NCBI RefSeq assembly: GCF_009914755.1
Contig: NC_060940.1
Source: the human T2T-CHM13v2.0 reference genome, Homo sapiens
Reading direction: 5' to 3' (one strand)
Length of the DNA stretch: 64,000 nucleotides
Numbering within the stretch: the stretch's first letter is position 1; every line of letters starts with the position of its first letter. A program made the translations under genes and the position numbers. Below, piece after piece: positions 28,495 to 41,039 of the stretch. The notes below the pieces were generated by a model. The model saw nothing but the letters and a program-made list of their open reading frames with translations. It searched no databases and was not told the origin of the DNA.

Positions 28495-29508
28495 TTACAC
28501 AGAGCAGATTTGAGACACTCTTTGGGTGGAATTTGTAAGTGGAGAATTCAGGCGCTTTGAGGTCAACGGTAGAAAAGGAAATATCTTCGTATAAAAACTA
28601 GACAGAATGATTCTCAGAAACTGTTTTGTGATGTGTGCGTTCAACTCACAGAGTTTAACCTTTCTTTTCAAAGAGCAGTTAGGAAACACTCTGTAAAATC
28701 TGCAAGTGGATATTCAGACCTCTTTGAGGCCTTCGTTGGAAACGGGATTTCTTCATATAATGCTAGAGGGAAGAATTCTTAGTAACTTCTTTGTGTTGTG
28801 TGTATTGAACTGACAGAGTTGAACCTTCCTTTAGACAGAGCAGATTTGAAAGTCTCTTTTTGTGGAATTTGCAAGTGGAGATTTCAAGCGCTTTGAGGCC
28901 AAAAGCAGAAAAGGAAATATTTTCTTATAAAAACTAGAGAGAATCATTCTCAGAAACTGCTCTGTGATGTGTGTGTTCAACTCACAGAGTTTAACTTTCT
29001 TTTCATTCAGCAGTTTGGAAACACTCTGTTTGGAAAGTCTGCACGTGGATATTTTGACCTCTTTGAGGCCTTCGTTGGAAACGGGTTTTTTTCATGTAAG
29101 GCTAGACAGAAGAAATCTCAGTAACTTCCTTGTGTTGTGTGTATTCAACTGACAGAGTTGAACCTTCCTTTAGACAGAGCAGATTCGAAACGCTCTTTTT
29201 CTGCAATTTGCAAGTGGAGACTTCAAGCGCTTTGAGGCCAAAGGCAGAAAAGGAAATATCTTCGTATAAAAACCCGACAGAATCATTCTCAGAAACTGCT
29301 CTGTGATGTGTGCGTTCAACTCACAGAGTTTAACTTTTCTTTTCATTCAGCAGTTTGGAAACACTCTGTTTGTAAAGTCTGCAAGTGGATATCTTGGCCT
29401 CTTAGAGGCCTTCGTTGGAAACGCGTTTTTTCATGTAAGGTTAGACAGAGGAATTCCCAGTAACTTCCTTGTGTTGTGTGCATTCAACTCACAGAGTTGA
29501 ATGATTCT
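28495..29508 (+). repeat. 6-mer HOR variant, copy 5 (1014 bp)
   Basis: Marker spacing 1014; same junction. Confidence 0.93.
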
Positions 29509-32500
29509 TTACACAGAGCAGATTTGAGACACACTTTTGGTGGAATTTGTAAGTGGAGAATTCAGCCGCTTTGAGGTCAACGGTAGAAAAGGAAATATCT
29601 TCGTATAAAAACTAGAAAGAATGATTCTCAGAAACTGTTTTGTGATGTGTGCGTTCAACTCACAGAGTTTAACCTTTCTTTTCAAAGAGCAGTTAGGAAA
29701 CACTCTGTTTGTAAAGTCTGCAAGTGGATATTCAGACCTCTTTGAAGCCTTCGTTGGAAACGGGATTTCATCATATTATGCTAGACAGATGAATTCTCAG
29801 TAACTTCCTTGTGTTGTGTGTATTCAACTCACAGAGTTGAACGATCCTTTACACAGAGCAGATTTGAAACACTGTTTTTCTGGAATTTGCAAGTGGAGAT
29901 TTCAGCCGCTTTGAGGTCAATGGTAGAAAAGGAAATATCTTCGTATAAAAACTGGACAGAATGATTCCCAGAAACTCCTTTGTGATGTGTGCGTTCAACT
30001 CACAGAGTTTAACCTTTCTTTTCACAGAGCAGTTAGGAAACACTCTGTTTGTGAAGCCTGCCAGTGGATATTCGGACCTCTTTGAGGCCTTCGTTGGAAA
30101 CGGGATTTCTTCATATTTTGCTAGACAGAAGAATTCTCAGTAACTTCTTTGTGTTGTGTGTATGCAACTCACAGAGTTCAACCTTCCTTTAGACAGAGCA
30201 GATTTGAAACACTCTTTTTGTGGAATTTGCAAGTGGAAATTTCAAGCGCATCGATGCCAATGGTAGAAAAGGAAATTTCTTCGTATAAAAACAAGACAAA
30301 CTCGTTCCCAGACACTGCGTAGTGATGTGTGTGTTTAACTCACAGAGTTTAACCTTTCTTTTCATACAGCATTCTGGAAACCCTCTGTTTGTAAAGTCTG
30401 CAAGTGGATATTTGGACCTCTTAGATGCCTTCGTTGGAAACGGGATTTCTTCATATAATGCTAGAGGGAAGAATTCTTAGTAACTTCTTTGTGTTGTGTG
30501 TATTCAACTGACAGAGTTGAACCTTCCTTTAGACAGAGCAGATTTGAAAGTCTCTTTTTGTGGAATTTGCAAGTGGAGATTTCAAGCGCTTTGAGGCCAA
30601 AAGCAGAAAAGGAAATATTTTCCTATAAAAACTCGACAGAATCATTCTCAGAAACTGCTCTGTGATGTGTGCGTTCAACTCACAGAGTTTAACTTTTCTT
30701 TTCATTCAGCAGTTTGGAAACACTGTTTGGAAAGTCTGCACGTGGATATTTTGACCTCTTTGAGGCCTTCGTTGGAAACGGGTTTTTTTCATGTAAGGCT
30801 AGACAGAAGAAATCTCAGTAACTTCCTTGTGTTGTGTGTATTCAACTGACAGAGTTGAACCTTCCTTTAGACAGAGCAGATTCGAAACACTCTTTTTCTG
30901 CAATTTGCAAGTGGAGACTTCAAGCGCTTTGAGGCCAAAGGCAGAAAAGGAAATATCTTCGTATAAAAACCCGACAGAATCATTCTCAGAAACTGCTCTG
31001 TGATGTGTGCGTTCAACTCACAGAGTTTAACTTTTCTTTTCATTCAGCAGTTTGGAAACACTCTGTTTGTAAAGTCTGCAAGTGGATATCTTGGCCTCTT
31101 AGAGGCCTTCGTTGGAAACGGGTTTTTTCATGTAAGGATAGACAGAGGAATTCCCAGTAACTTCCTTGTGTTGTGTGCATTCAACTCACAGAGTTGAATG
31201 ATTCTTTACACAGAGCAGATTTGAGACACTCTTTTGGTGGAATTTGTAAGTGGAGAATTCAGCCGCTTTGAGGTCAACGGTAGAAAAGGAAATATCTTCG
31301 TATAAAAACTAGACAGAATGATTCTCAGAAACTGTTTTGTGATGTGTGCGTTCAACTCACAGAGTTTAACCTTTCTTTTCAGAGAGCAGTTAGGAAACAC
31401 TCTGTTTGTAAAGTCTGCAAGTGGATATTCAGACCTCTTTGAGGCCTTCGTTGGAAACGGGATTTCTTCATATTATGCTAGACAGATGAATTCTCAGTAA
31501 CTTCCTTGTGTTGTGTGTATTCAACTCACAGAGTTGAACGATCCTTTACACAGAGCAGATTTGAAACACTGTTTTTCTGGAATTTGCAAGTGGAGATTTC
31601 AGCGGCTTTGAGGTCAATGGTAGAAAAGGAAATATCTTCGTATAAAAACTAGACAGAATGATTCTCAGAAACTCCTTTGTGATGTGTGCGTTCAACTCAC
31701 AGAGTTTAACCTTTCTTTTCACAGAGCAGTTAGGAAACACTCTGTTTGTGAAGCCTGCCAGTGGATATTCGGACCTCTTTGAGGCCTTCGTTGGAAACGG
31801 GATTTCTTCATATTATGCTAGACAGAAGATTTCTCAGTAACTTCTTTGTGTTGTGTGTATGCAACTCACAGAGTTCAACCTTCCTTTAGACAGAGCAGAT
31901 TTGAAACACTCTTTTTGTGGAATTTGCAAGTGGAGATTTCAAGCGCTTCGATGCCAATGGTAGAAAAGTAAATATCTTCGTATAAAAACAAGACAAACTC
32001 GTTCCCAGACACTGCGTAGTGATGTGTGTGTTTAACTCACAGAGTTTAACCTTTCTTTTCATACAGCATTCTGGAAACCCTCTGTTTGTAAAGTCTGCAA
32101 GTGGATATTTGGACCTCTTAGATGCCTTCGTTGGAACGGGATTTCCTCATATAATGCTAGAGGGAAGAATTCTTAGTAACTTCTTTGTGTTGTGTGTATT
32201 CAACTGACAGAGTTGAACCTTCCTTTAGACAGAGCAGATTTGAAAGTCTCTTTTTGTGGAATTTGCAAGTGGAGATTTCAAGCGCTTTGAGGCCAAAAGC
32301 AGAAAAGGAAATATTTTCCTATAAAAACTAGACAGAATCTTTCTCAGAAACTGCTCTGGGATGTGTGCGTTCAACTCACAGAGTTTAACTTTTCTTTTCA
32401 TTCAGCAGTTTGGAAACACTCTGTTTGGAAAGTCTGCACGTGGATATTTTGACCTCTTTGAGGCCTTCGTTGGAAACGGGTTTTTTTCATGTAAGGCTAG

Positions 32501-32903
32501 ACAGAAGAAATCTCAGTAACTTCCTTGTGTTGTGTGTATTCAACTGACAGAGTTGAACCTTCCTTTAGACAGAGCAGATTCGAAACACTCTTTTTCTGCA
32601 ATTTGCAAGTGGAGACTTCAAGCGCTTTGAGGCCAAAGGCAGAAAAGGAAATATCTTCGTATAAAAACCCGACAGAATCATTCTCAGAAACTGCTCTGTG
32701 ATGTGTGCGTTCAACTCACAGAGTTTAACTTTTCTTTTCATTCAGCAGTTTGGAAACACTCTGTTTGTAAAGTCTGCAAGTGGATATCTTGGCCTCTTAG
32801 AGGCCTTCGTTGGAAACGGGTTTTTTCATGTAAGGTTAGACAGAGGAATTCCCAGTAACTTCCTTGTGTTGTGTGCATTCAACTCACAGAGTTGAATGAT
32901 TCT

Positions 32904-33917
32904 TTACACAGAGCAGATTTGAGACACTCTTTGGGTGGAATTTGTAAGTGGAGAATTCAGCCGCTTTGAGGTCAACGGTAGAAAAGGAAATATCTTCGTA
33001 TAAAAACTAGACAGAATGATTCTCAGAAACTGTTTTGTGATGTGTGCGTTCAACTCACAGAGTTTAACCTTTCTTTTCAAAGAGCAGTTAGGAAACACTC
33101 TGTAAAATCTGCAAGTGGATATTCAGACCTCTTTGAGGCCTTCGTTGGAAACGGGATTTCTTCATATAATGCTAGAGGGAAGAATTCTTAGTAACTTCTT
33201 TGTGTTGTGTGTATTGAACTGACAGAGTTGAACCTTCCTTTAGACAGAGCAGATTTGAAAGTCTCTTTTTGTGGAATTTGCAAGTGGAGATTTCAAGCGC
33301 TTTGAGGCCAAAAGCAGAAAAGGAAATATTTTCTTATAAAAACTAGAGAGAATCATTCTCAGAAACTGCTCTGTGATGTGTGTGTTCAACTCACAGAGTT
33401 TAACTTTCTTTTCATTCAGCAGTTTGGAAACACTCTGTTTGGAAAGTCTGCACGTGGATATTTTGACCTCTTTGAGGCCTTCGTTGGAAACGGGTTTTTT
33501 TCATGTAAGGCTAGACAGAAGAAATCTCAGTAACTTCCTTGTGTTGTGTGTATTCAACTGACAGAGTTGAACCTTCCTTTAGACAGAGCAGATTCGAAAC
33601 GCTCTTTTTCTGCAATTTGCAAGTGGAGACTTCAAGCGCTTTGAGGCCAAAGGCAGAAAAGGAAATATCTTCGTATAAAAACCCGACAGAATCATTCTCA
33701 GAAACTGCTCTGTGATGTGTGCGTTCAACTCACAGAGTTTAACTTTTCTTTTCATTCAGCAGTTTGGAAACACTCTGTTTGTAAAGTCTGCAAGTGGATA
33801 TCTTGGCCTCTTAGAGGCCTTCGTTGGAAACGCGTTTTTTCATGTAAGGTTAGACAGAGGAATTCCCAGTAACTTCCTTGTGTTGTGTGCATTCAACTCA
33901 CAGAGTTGAATGATTCT
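32904..33917 (+). repeat. 6-mer HOR variant, copy 6 (1014 bp)
   Basis: Marker spacing 1014; same junction. Confidence 0.93.
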
Positions 33918-35615
33918 TTACACAGAGCAGATTTGAGACACACTTTTGGTGGAATTTGTAAGTGGAGAATTCAGCCGCTTTGAGGTCAACGGTAGAAAAG
34001 GAAATATCTTCGTATAAAAACTAGAAAGAATGATTCTCAGAAACTGTTTTGTGATGTGTGCGTTCAACTCACAGAGTTTAACCTTTCTTTTCAAAGAGCA
34101 GTTAGGAAACACTCTGTTTGTAAAGTCTGCAAGTGGATATTCAGACCTCTTTGAAGCCTTCGTTGGAAACGGGATTTCATCATATTATGCTAGACAGATG
34201 AATTCTCAGTAACTTCCTTGTGTTGTGTGTATTCAACTCACAGAGTTGAACGATCCTTTACACAGAGCAGATTTGAAACACTGTTTTTCTGGAATTTGCA
34301 AGTGGAGATTTCAGCCGATTTGAGGTCAATGGTAGAAAAGGAAATATCTTCGTATAAAAAATAGACAGAATGATTCTCAGAAACTCCTTTGTGATGTGTG
34401 CGTTCAACTCACAGAGTTTAACCTTTCTTTTCACAGAGCAGTTAGGAAACACTCTGTTTGTGAAGCCTGCCAGTGGATATTCGGACCTCTTTGAGGCCTT
34501 CGTTTGAAACGGGATTTCTTCATATTATGCTAGACAGAAGATTTCTCAGTAACTTCTTTGTGTTGTGTGTATGCAACTCACAGAGTTCAACCTTCCTTTA
34601 GACAGAGCAGATTTGAAACACTCTTTTTGTGGAATTTGCAAGTGGAGATTTCAAGCGCTTCGATGCCAATGGTAGAAAAGGAAATATCTTCGTATAAAAA
34701 CAAGACAAACTCGTTCCCAGACACTGCGTAGTGATGTGTGTGTTTAACTCACAGAGTTTAACCTTTCTTTTCATACAGCATTCTGGAAACCCTCTGTTTG
34801 TAAAGTCTGCAAGTGGATATTTGGACCTCTTAGATGCCTTCGTTGGAACGGGATTTCCTCATATAATGCTAGAGGGAAGAATTCTTAGTAACTTCTTTGT
34901 GTTGTGTGTATTCAACTGACAGAGTTGAACCTTCCTTTAGACAGAGCAGATTTGAAAGTCTCTTTTTGTGGAATTTGCAAGTGGAGATTTCAAGCGCTTT
35001 GAGGCCAAAAGCAGAAAAGGAAATATTTTCCTATAAAAACTAGACAGAATCTTTCTCAGAAACTGCTCTGGGATGTGTGCGTTCAACTCACAGAGTTTAA
35101 CTTTTCTTTTCATTCAGCAGTTTGGAAACACTCTGTTTGGAAAGTCTGCACGTGGATATTTTGACCTCTTTGAGGCCTTCGTTGGAAACGGGTTTTTTTC
35201 ATGTAAGGCTAGACAGAAGAAATCTCAGTAACTTCCTTGTGTTGTGTGTATTCAACTGACAGAGTTGAACCTTCCTTTACACAGAGCAGATTCGAAACAC
35301 TCTTTTTCTGCAATTTGCAAGTGGAGACTTCAAGCGCTTTGAGGCCAAAGGCAGAAAAGGATATATCTTCGTATAAAAACCCGACAGAATCATTCTCAGA
35401 AACTGCTCTGTGATGTGTGCGTTCAACTCACAGAGTTTAACTTTTCTTTTCATTCAGCAGTTTGGAAACACTCTGTTTGTAAAGTCTGCAAGTGGATATC
35501 TTGGCCTCTTAGAGGCCTTCGTTGGAAACGGGTTTTTTCATGTAAGGTTAGACAGAGGAATTCCCAGTAACTTCCTTGTGTTGTGTGCATTCAACTCACA
35601 GAGTTGAATGATTCT

Positions 35616-36629
35616 TTACACAGAGCAGATTTGAGACACTCTTTGGGTGGAATTTGTAAGTGGAGAATTCAGCCGCTTTGAGGTCAACGGTAGAAAAGGA
35701 AATATCTTCGTATAAAAACTAGACAGAATGATTCTCAGAAACTGTTTTGTGATGTGTGCGTTCAACTCACAGAGTTTAACCTTTCTTTTCAAAGAGCAAT
35801 TAGGAAACACTCTGTAAAGTCTGCAAGTGGATATTCAGACCTCTTTGAGGCCTTCGTTGGAAACGGGATTTCTTCATATAATGCTAGAGGGAAGAATTCT
35901 TAGTAACTTCTTTGTGTTGTGTGTATTGAACTGACAGAGTTGAACCTTCCTTTAGACAGAGCAGATTTGAAAGTCTCTTTTTGTGGAATTTGCAAGTGGA
36001 GATTTCAAGCGCTTTGAGGCCAAAAGCAGAAAAGGAAATATTTTCCTATAAAAACTAGAGAGAATCATTCTCAGAAACTGCTCTGTGATGTGTGTGTTCA
36101 ACTCACAGAGTTTAACTTTCTTTTCATTCAGCAGTTTGGAAACACTCTGTTTGGAAAGTCTGCACGTGGATATTTTGACCTCTTTGAGGCCTTCGTTGGA
36201 AACGGGTTTTTTTCATGTAAGGCTAGACAGAAGAAATCTCAGTAACTTCCTTGTGTTGTGTGTATTCAACTGACAGAGTTGAACCTTCCTTTAGACAGAG
36301 CAGATTCGAAACGCTCTTTTTCTGCAATTTGCAAGTGGAGACTTCAAGCGCTTTGAGGCCAAAGGCAGAAAAGGAAATATCTTCGTATAAAAACCCGACA
36401 GAATCATTCTCAGAAACTGCTCTGTGATGTGTGCGTTCAACTCACAGAGTTTAACTTTTCTTTTCATTCAGCAGTTTGGAAACACTCTGTTTGTAAAGTC
36501 TGCAAGTGGATATCTTGGCCTCTTAGAGGCCTTCGTTGGAAACGCGTTTTTTCATGAAAGGTTAGACAGAGGAATTCCCAGTAACTTCCTTGTGTTGTGT
36601 GCATTCAACTCACAGAGATGAATGATTCT
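35616..36629 (+). repeat. 6-mer HOR variant, copy 7 (1014 bp)
   Basis: Marker spacing 1014; same junction. Confidence 0.93.
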
Positions 36630-39600
36630 TTACACAGAGCAGATTTGAGACACACTTTTGGTGGAATTTGTAAGTGGAGAATTCAGCCGCTTTGAGGTCA
36701 ACGGTAGAAAAGGAAATATCTTCGTATAAAAACTAGAAAGAATGATTCTCAGAAACTGTTTTGTGATGTGTGCGTTCAACTCACAGAGTTTAACCTTTCT
36801 TTTCAAAGAGCAGTTAGGAAACACTCTGTTTGTAAAGTCTGCAAGTGGATATTCAGACCTCTTTGAAGCCTTCGTTGGAAACGGGATTTCATCATATTAT
36901 GCTAGACAGATGAATTCTCAGTAACTTCCTTGTGTTGTGTGTATTCAACTCACAGAGTTGAACGATCCTTTACACAGAGCACATTTGAAACACTGTTTTT
37001 CTGGAATTTGCAAGTGGAGATTTCAGCCGCTTTGAGGTCAATGGTAGAAAAGGAAATATCTTCGTATAAAAACTAGACAGAATGATTCTCAGAAACTCCT
37101 TTGTGATGTGTGCGTTCAACTCACAGAGTTTAACCTTTCTTTTCACAGAGCAGTTAGGAAACACTCTGTTTGTGAAGCCTGCCAGTGGATATTCGGACCT
37201 CTTTGAGGCCTTCGTTGGAAACGGGATTTCTTCATATTTTGCTAGACAGAAGATTTCTCAGTAACTTCTTTGTGTTGTGTGTATGCAACTCACAGAGTTC
37301 AACCTTCCTTTAGACAGAGCAGATTTGAAACACTCTTTTTGTGGAATTTGCAAGTGGAAATTTCAAGCGCATCGATGCCAATGGTAGAAAAGGAAATATC
37401 TTCGTATAAAAACAAGACAAACTCGTTCCCAGACACTGCGTAGTGATGTGTGTGTTTAACTCACAGAGTTTAACCTTTCTTTTCATACAGCATTCTGGAA
37501 ACCCTCTGTTTGTAAAGTCTGCAAGTGGATATTTGGACCTCTTAGATGCCTTCGTTGGAAACGGGATTTCTTCATATAATGCTAGAGGGAAGAATTCTTA
37601 GTAACTTCTTTGTGTTGTGTGTATTCAACTGACAGAGTTGAACCTTCCTTTAGACAGAGCAGATTTGAAAGTCTCTTTTTGTGGAATTTGCAAGTGGAGA
37701 TTTCAAGCGCTTTGAGGCCAAAGGCAGAAAAGGAAATATCTTCGTATAAAAACCCGACAGAATCATTCTCAGAAACTGCTCTGTGATGTGTGCGTTCAAC
37801 TCACAGAGTTTAACTTTTCTTTTCATTCAGCAGTTTGGAAACACTGTTTGGAAAGTCTGCACGTGGATATTTTGACCTCTTTGAGGCCTTCGTTGGAAAC
37901 GGGTTTTTTTCATGTAAGGCTAGACAGAAGAAATCTCAGTAACTTCCTTGTGTTGTGTGTATTCAACTGACAGAGTTGAACCTTCCTTTAGACAGAGCAG
38001 ATTCGAAACGCTCTTTTTCTGCAATTTGCAAGTGGAGACTTCAAGCGCTTTGAGGCCAAAGGCAGAAAAGGAAATATCTTCGTATAAAAACCCGACAGAA
38101 TCATTCTCAGAAACTGCTCTGTGATGTGTGCGTTCAACTCACAGAGTTTAACTTTTCTTTTCATTCAGCAGTTTGGAAACACTCTGTTTGTAAAGTCTGC
38201 AAGTGGATATCTTGGCCTCTTAGAGGCCTTCGTTGGAAACGGGTTTTTTCATGTAAGGATAGACAGAGGAATTCCCAGTAACTTCCTTGTGTTGTGTGCA
38301 TTCAACTCACAGAGTTGAATGATTCTTTACACAGAGCAGATTTGAGACACTCTTTTGGTGGAATTTGTAAGTGGAGAATTCAGCCGCTTTGAGGTCAACG
38401 GTAGAAAAGGAAATATCTTCGTATAAAAACTAGACAGAATGATTCTCAGAAACTGTTTTGTGATGTGTGCGTTCAACTCACACAGTTTAACCTTTCTTTT
38501 CAGAGAGCAGTTAGGAAACACTCTGTTTGTAAAGTCTGCAAGTGGATATTCAGACCTCTTTGAGGCCTTCGTTGGAAACGGGATTTCTTCATATTATGCT
38601 AGACAGATGAATTCTCAGTAACTTCCTTGTGTTGTGTGTATTCAACTCACAGAGTTGAACGATCCTTTACACAGAGCAGATTTGAAACACTGTTTTTCTG
38701 GAATTTGCAAGTGGAGATTTCAGCCGATTTGAGGTCAATGGTAGAAAAGGAAATATCTTCGTATAAAAACTAGACAGAATGATTCTCAGAAACTCCTTTG
38801 TGATGTGTGCGTTCAACTCACAGAGTTTAACCTTTCTTTTCACAGAGCAGTTAGGAAACATTCTGTTTGTGAAGCCTGCCAGTGGATATTCGGACCTCTT
38901 TGAGGCCTTCGTTGGAAACGGGATTTCTTCATATTATGCTAGACAGAAGATTTCTCAGTAACTTCTTTGTGTTGTGTGTATGCAACTCACAGAGTTCAAC
39001 CTTCCTTTAGACAGAGCAGATTTGAAACACTCTTTTTGTGGAATTTGCAAGTGGAGATTTCAAGCGCTTCGATGCCAATGGTAGAAAAGGAAATATCTTC
39101 GTATAAAAACAAGACAAACTCGTTCCCAGACACTGCGTAGTGATGTGTGTGTTTAACTCACAGAGTTTAACCTTTCTTTTCATACAGCATTCTGGAAACC
39201 CTGTGTTTGTAAAGTCTGCAAGTGGATATTTGGACCTCTTAGATGCCTTCGTTGGAAACGGGATTTCTTCATATAATGCTAGAGGGAAGAATTCTTAGTA
39301 ACTTCTTTGTGTTGTGTGTATTCAACTGACAGAGTTGAACCTTCCTTTAGACAGAGCAGATTTGAAAGTCTCTTTTTGTGGAATTTGCAAGTGGAGATTT
39401 CAAGCGCTTTGAGGCCAAAAGCAGAAAAGGAAATATTTTCCTATAAAAACTCGACAGAATCTTTCTCAGAAACTGCTCTGGGATGTGTGCGTTCAACTCA
39501 CAGAGTTTAACTTTTCTTTCCATTCAGCAGTTTGGAAACACTCTGTTTGGAAAGTCTGCACGTGGATATTTTGACCTCTTTGAGGCCTTCGTTGGAAACG

Positions 39601-40025
39601 GGTTTTTTTCATGTAAGGCTAGACAGAAGAAATCTCAGTAACTTCCTTGTGTTGTGTGTATTCAACTGACAGAGTTGAACCTTCCTTTAGACAGAGCAGA
39701 TTCGAAACACTCTTTTTCTGCAATTTGCAAGTGGAGACTTCAAGCGCTTTGAGGTCAAAGGCAGAAAAGGAAATATCTTCGTATAAAAACCCGACAGAAT
39801 CATTCTCAGAAACTGCTCTGTGATGTGTGCGTTCAACTCACAGAGTTTAACTTTTCTTTTCATTCAGCAGTTTGGAAACACTCTGTTTGTAAAGTCTGCA
39901 AGTGGATATCTTGGCCTCTTAGAGGCCTTCGTTGGAAACGGGTTTTTTCATGTAAGGTTAGACAGAGGAATTCCCAGTAACTTCCTTGTGTTGTGTGCAT
40001 TCAACTCACAGAGTTGAATGATTCT

Positions 40026-41039
40026 TTACACAGAGCAGATTTGAGACACTCTTTGGGTGGAATTTGTAAGTGGAGAATTCAGCCGCTTTGAGGTCAACGG
40101 TAGAAAAGGAAATATCTTCGTATAAAAACTAGACAGAATGATTCTCAGAAACTGTTTTGTGATGTGTGCGTTCAACTCACAGAGTTTAACCTTTCTTTTC
40201 AAAGAGCAGTTAGGAAACACTCTGTAAAGTCTGCAAGTGGATATTCAGACCTCTTTGAGGCCTTCGTTGGAAACGGGATTTCTTCATATAATGCTAGAGG
40301 GAAGAATTCTTAGTAACTTCTTTGTGTTGTGTGTATTCAACTGACAGAGTTGAACCTTCCTTTAGACAGAGCAGATTTGAAAGTCTCTTTTTGTGGAATT
40401 TGCAAGTGGAGATTTCAAGCGCTTTGAGGCCAAAAGCAGAAAAGGAAATATTTTCCTATAAAAACTAGAGAGAATCATTCTCAGAAACTGCTCTGTGATG
40501 TGTGTGTTCAACTCACAGAGTTTAACTTTCTTTTCATTCAGCAGTTTGGAAACACTCTGTTTGGAAAGTCTGCACGTGGATATTTTGACCTCTTTGAGGC
40601 CTTCGTTGGAAACGGGTTTTTTTCATGTAAGGCTAGACAGAAGAAATCTCAGTAACTTCCTTGTGTTGTGTGTATTCAACTGACAGAGTTGAACCTTCCT
40701 TTAGACAGAGCAGATTCGAAACGCTCTTTTTCTGCAATTTGCAAGTGGAGACTTCAAGCGCTTTGAGGCCAAAGGCAGAAAAGGAAATATCTTCGTATAA
40801 AAACCCGACAGAATCATTCTCAGAAACTGCTCTGTGATGTGTGCGTTCAACTCACAGAGTTTAACTTTTCTTTTCATTCAGCAGTTTGGAAACACTCTGT
40901 TTGTAAAGTCTGCAAGTGGATATCTTGGCCTCTTAGAGGCCTTCGTTGGAAAGGCGTTTTTTCATGTAAGGTTAGACAGAGGAATTCCCAGTAACTTCCT
41001 TGTGTTGTGTGCATTCAACTCACAGAGTTGAATGATTCT
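40026..41039 (+). repeat. 6-mer HOR variant, copy 8 (1014 bp)
   Basis: Marker spacing 1014; same junction. Confidence 0.93.
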
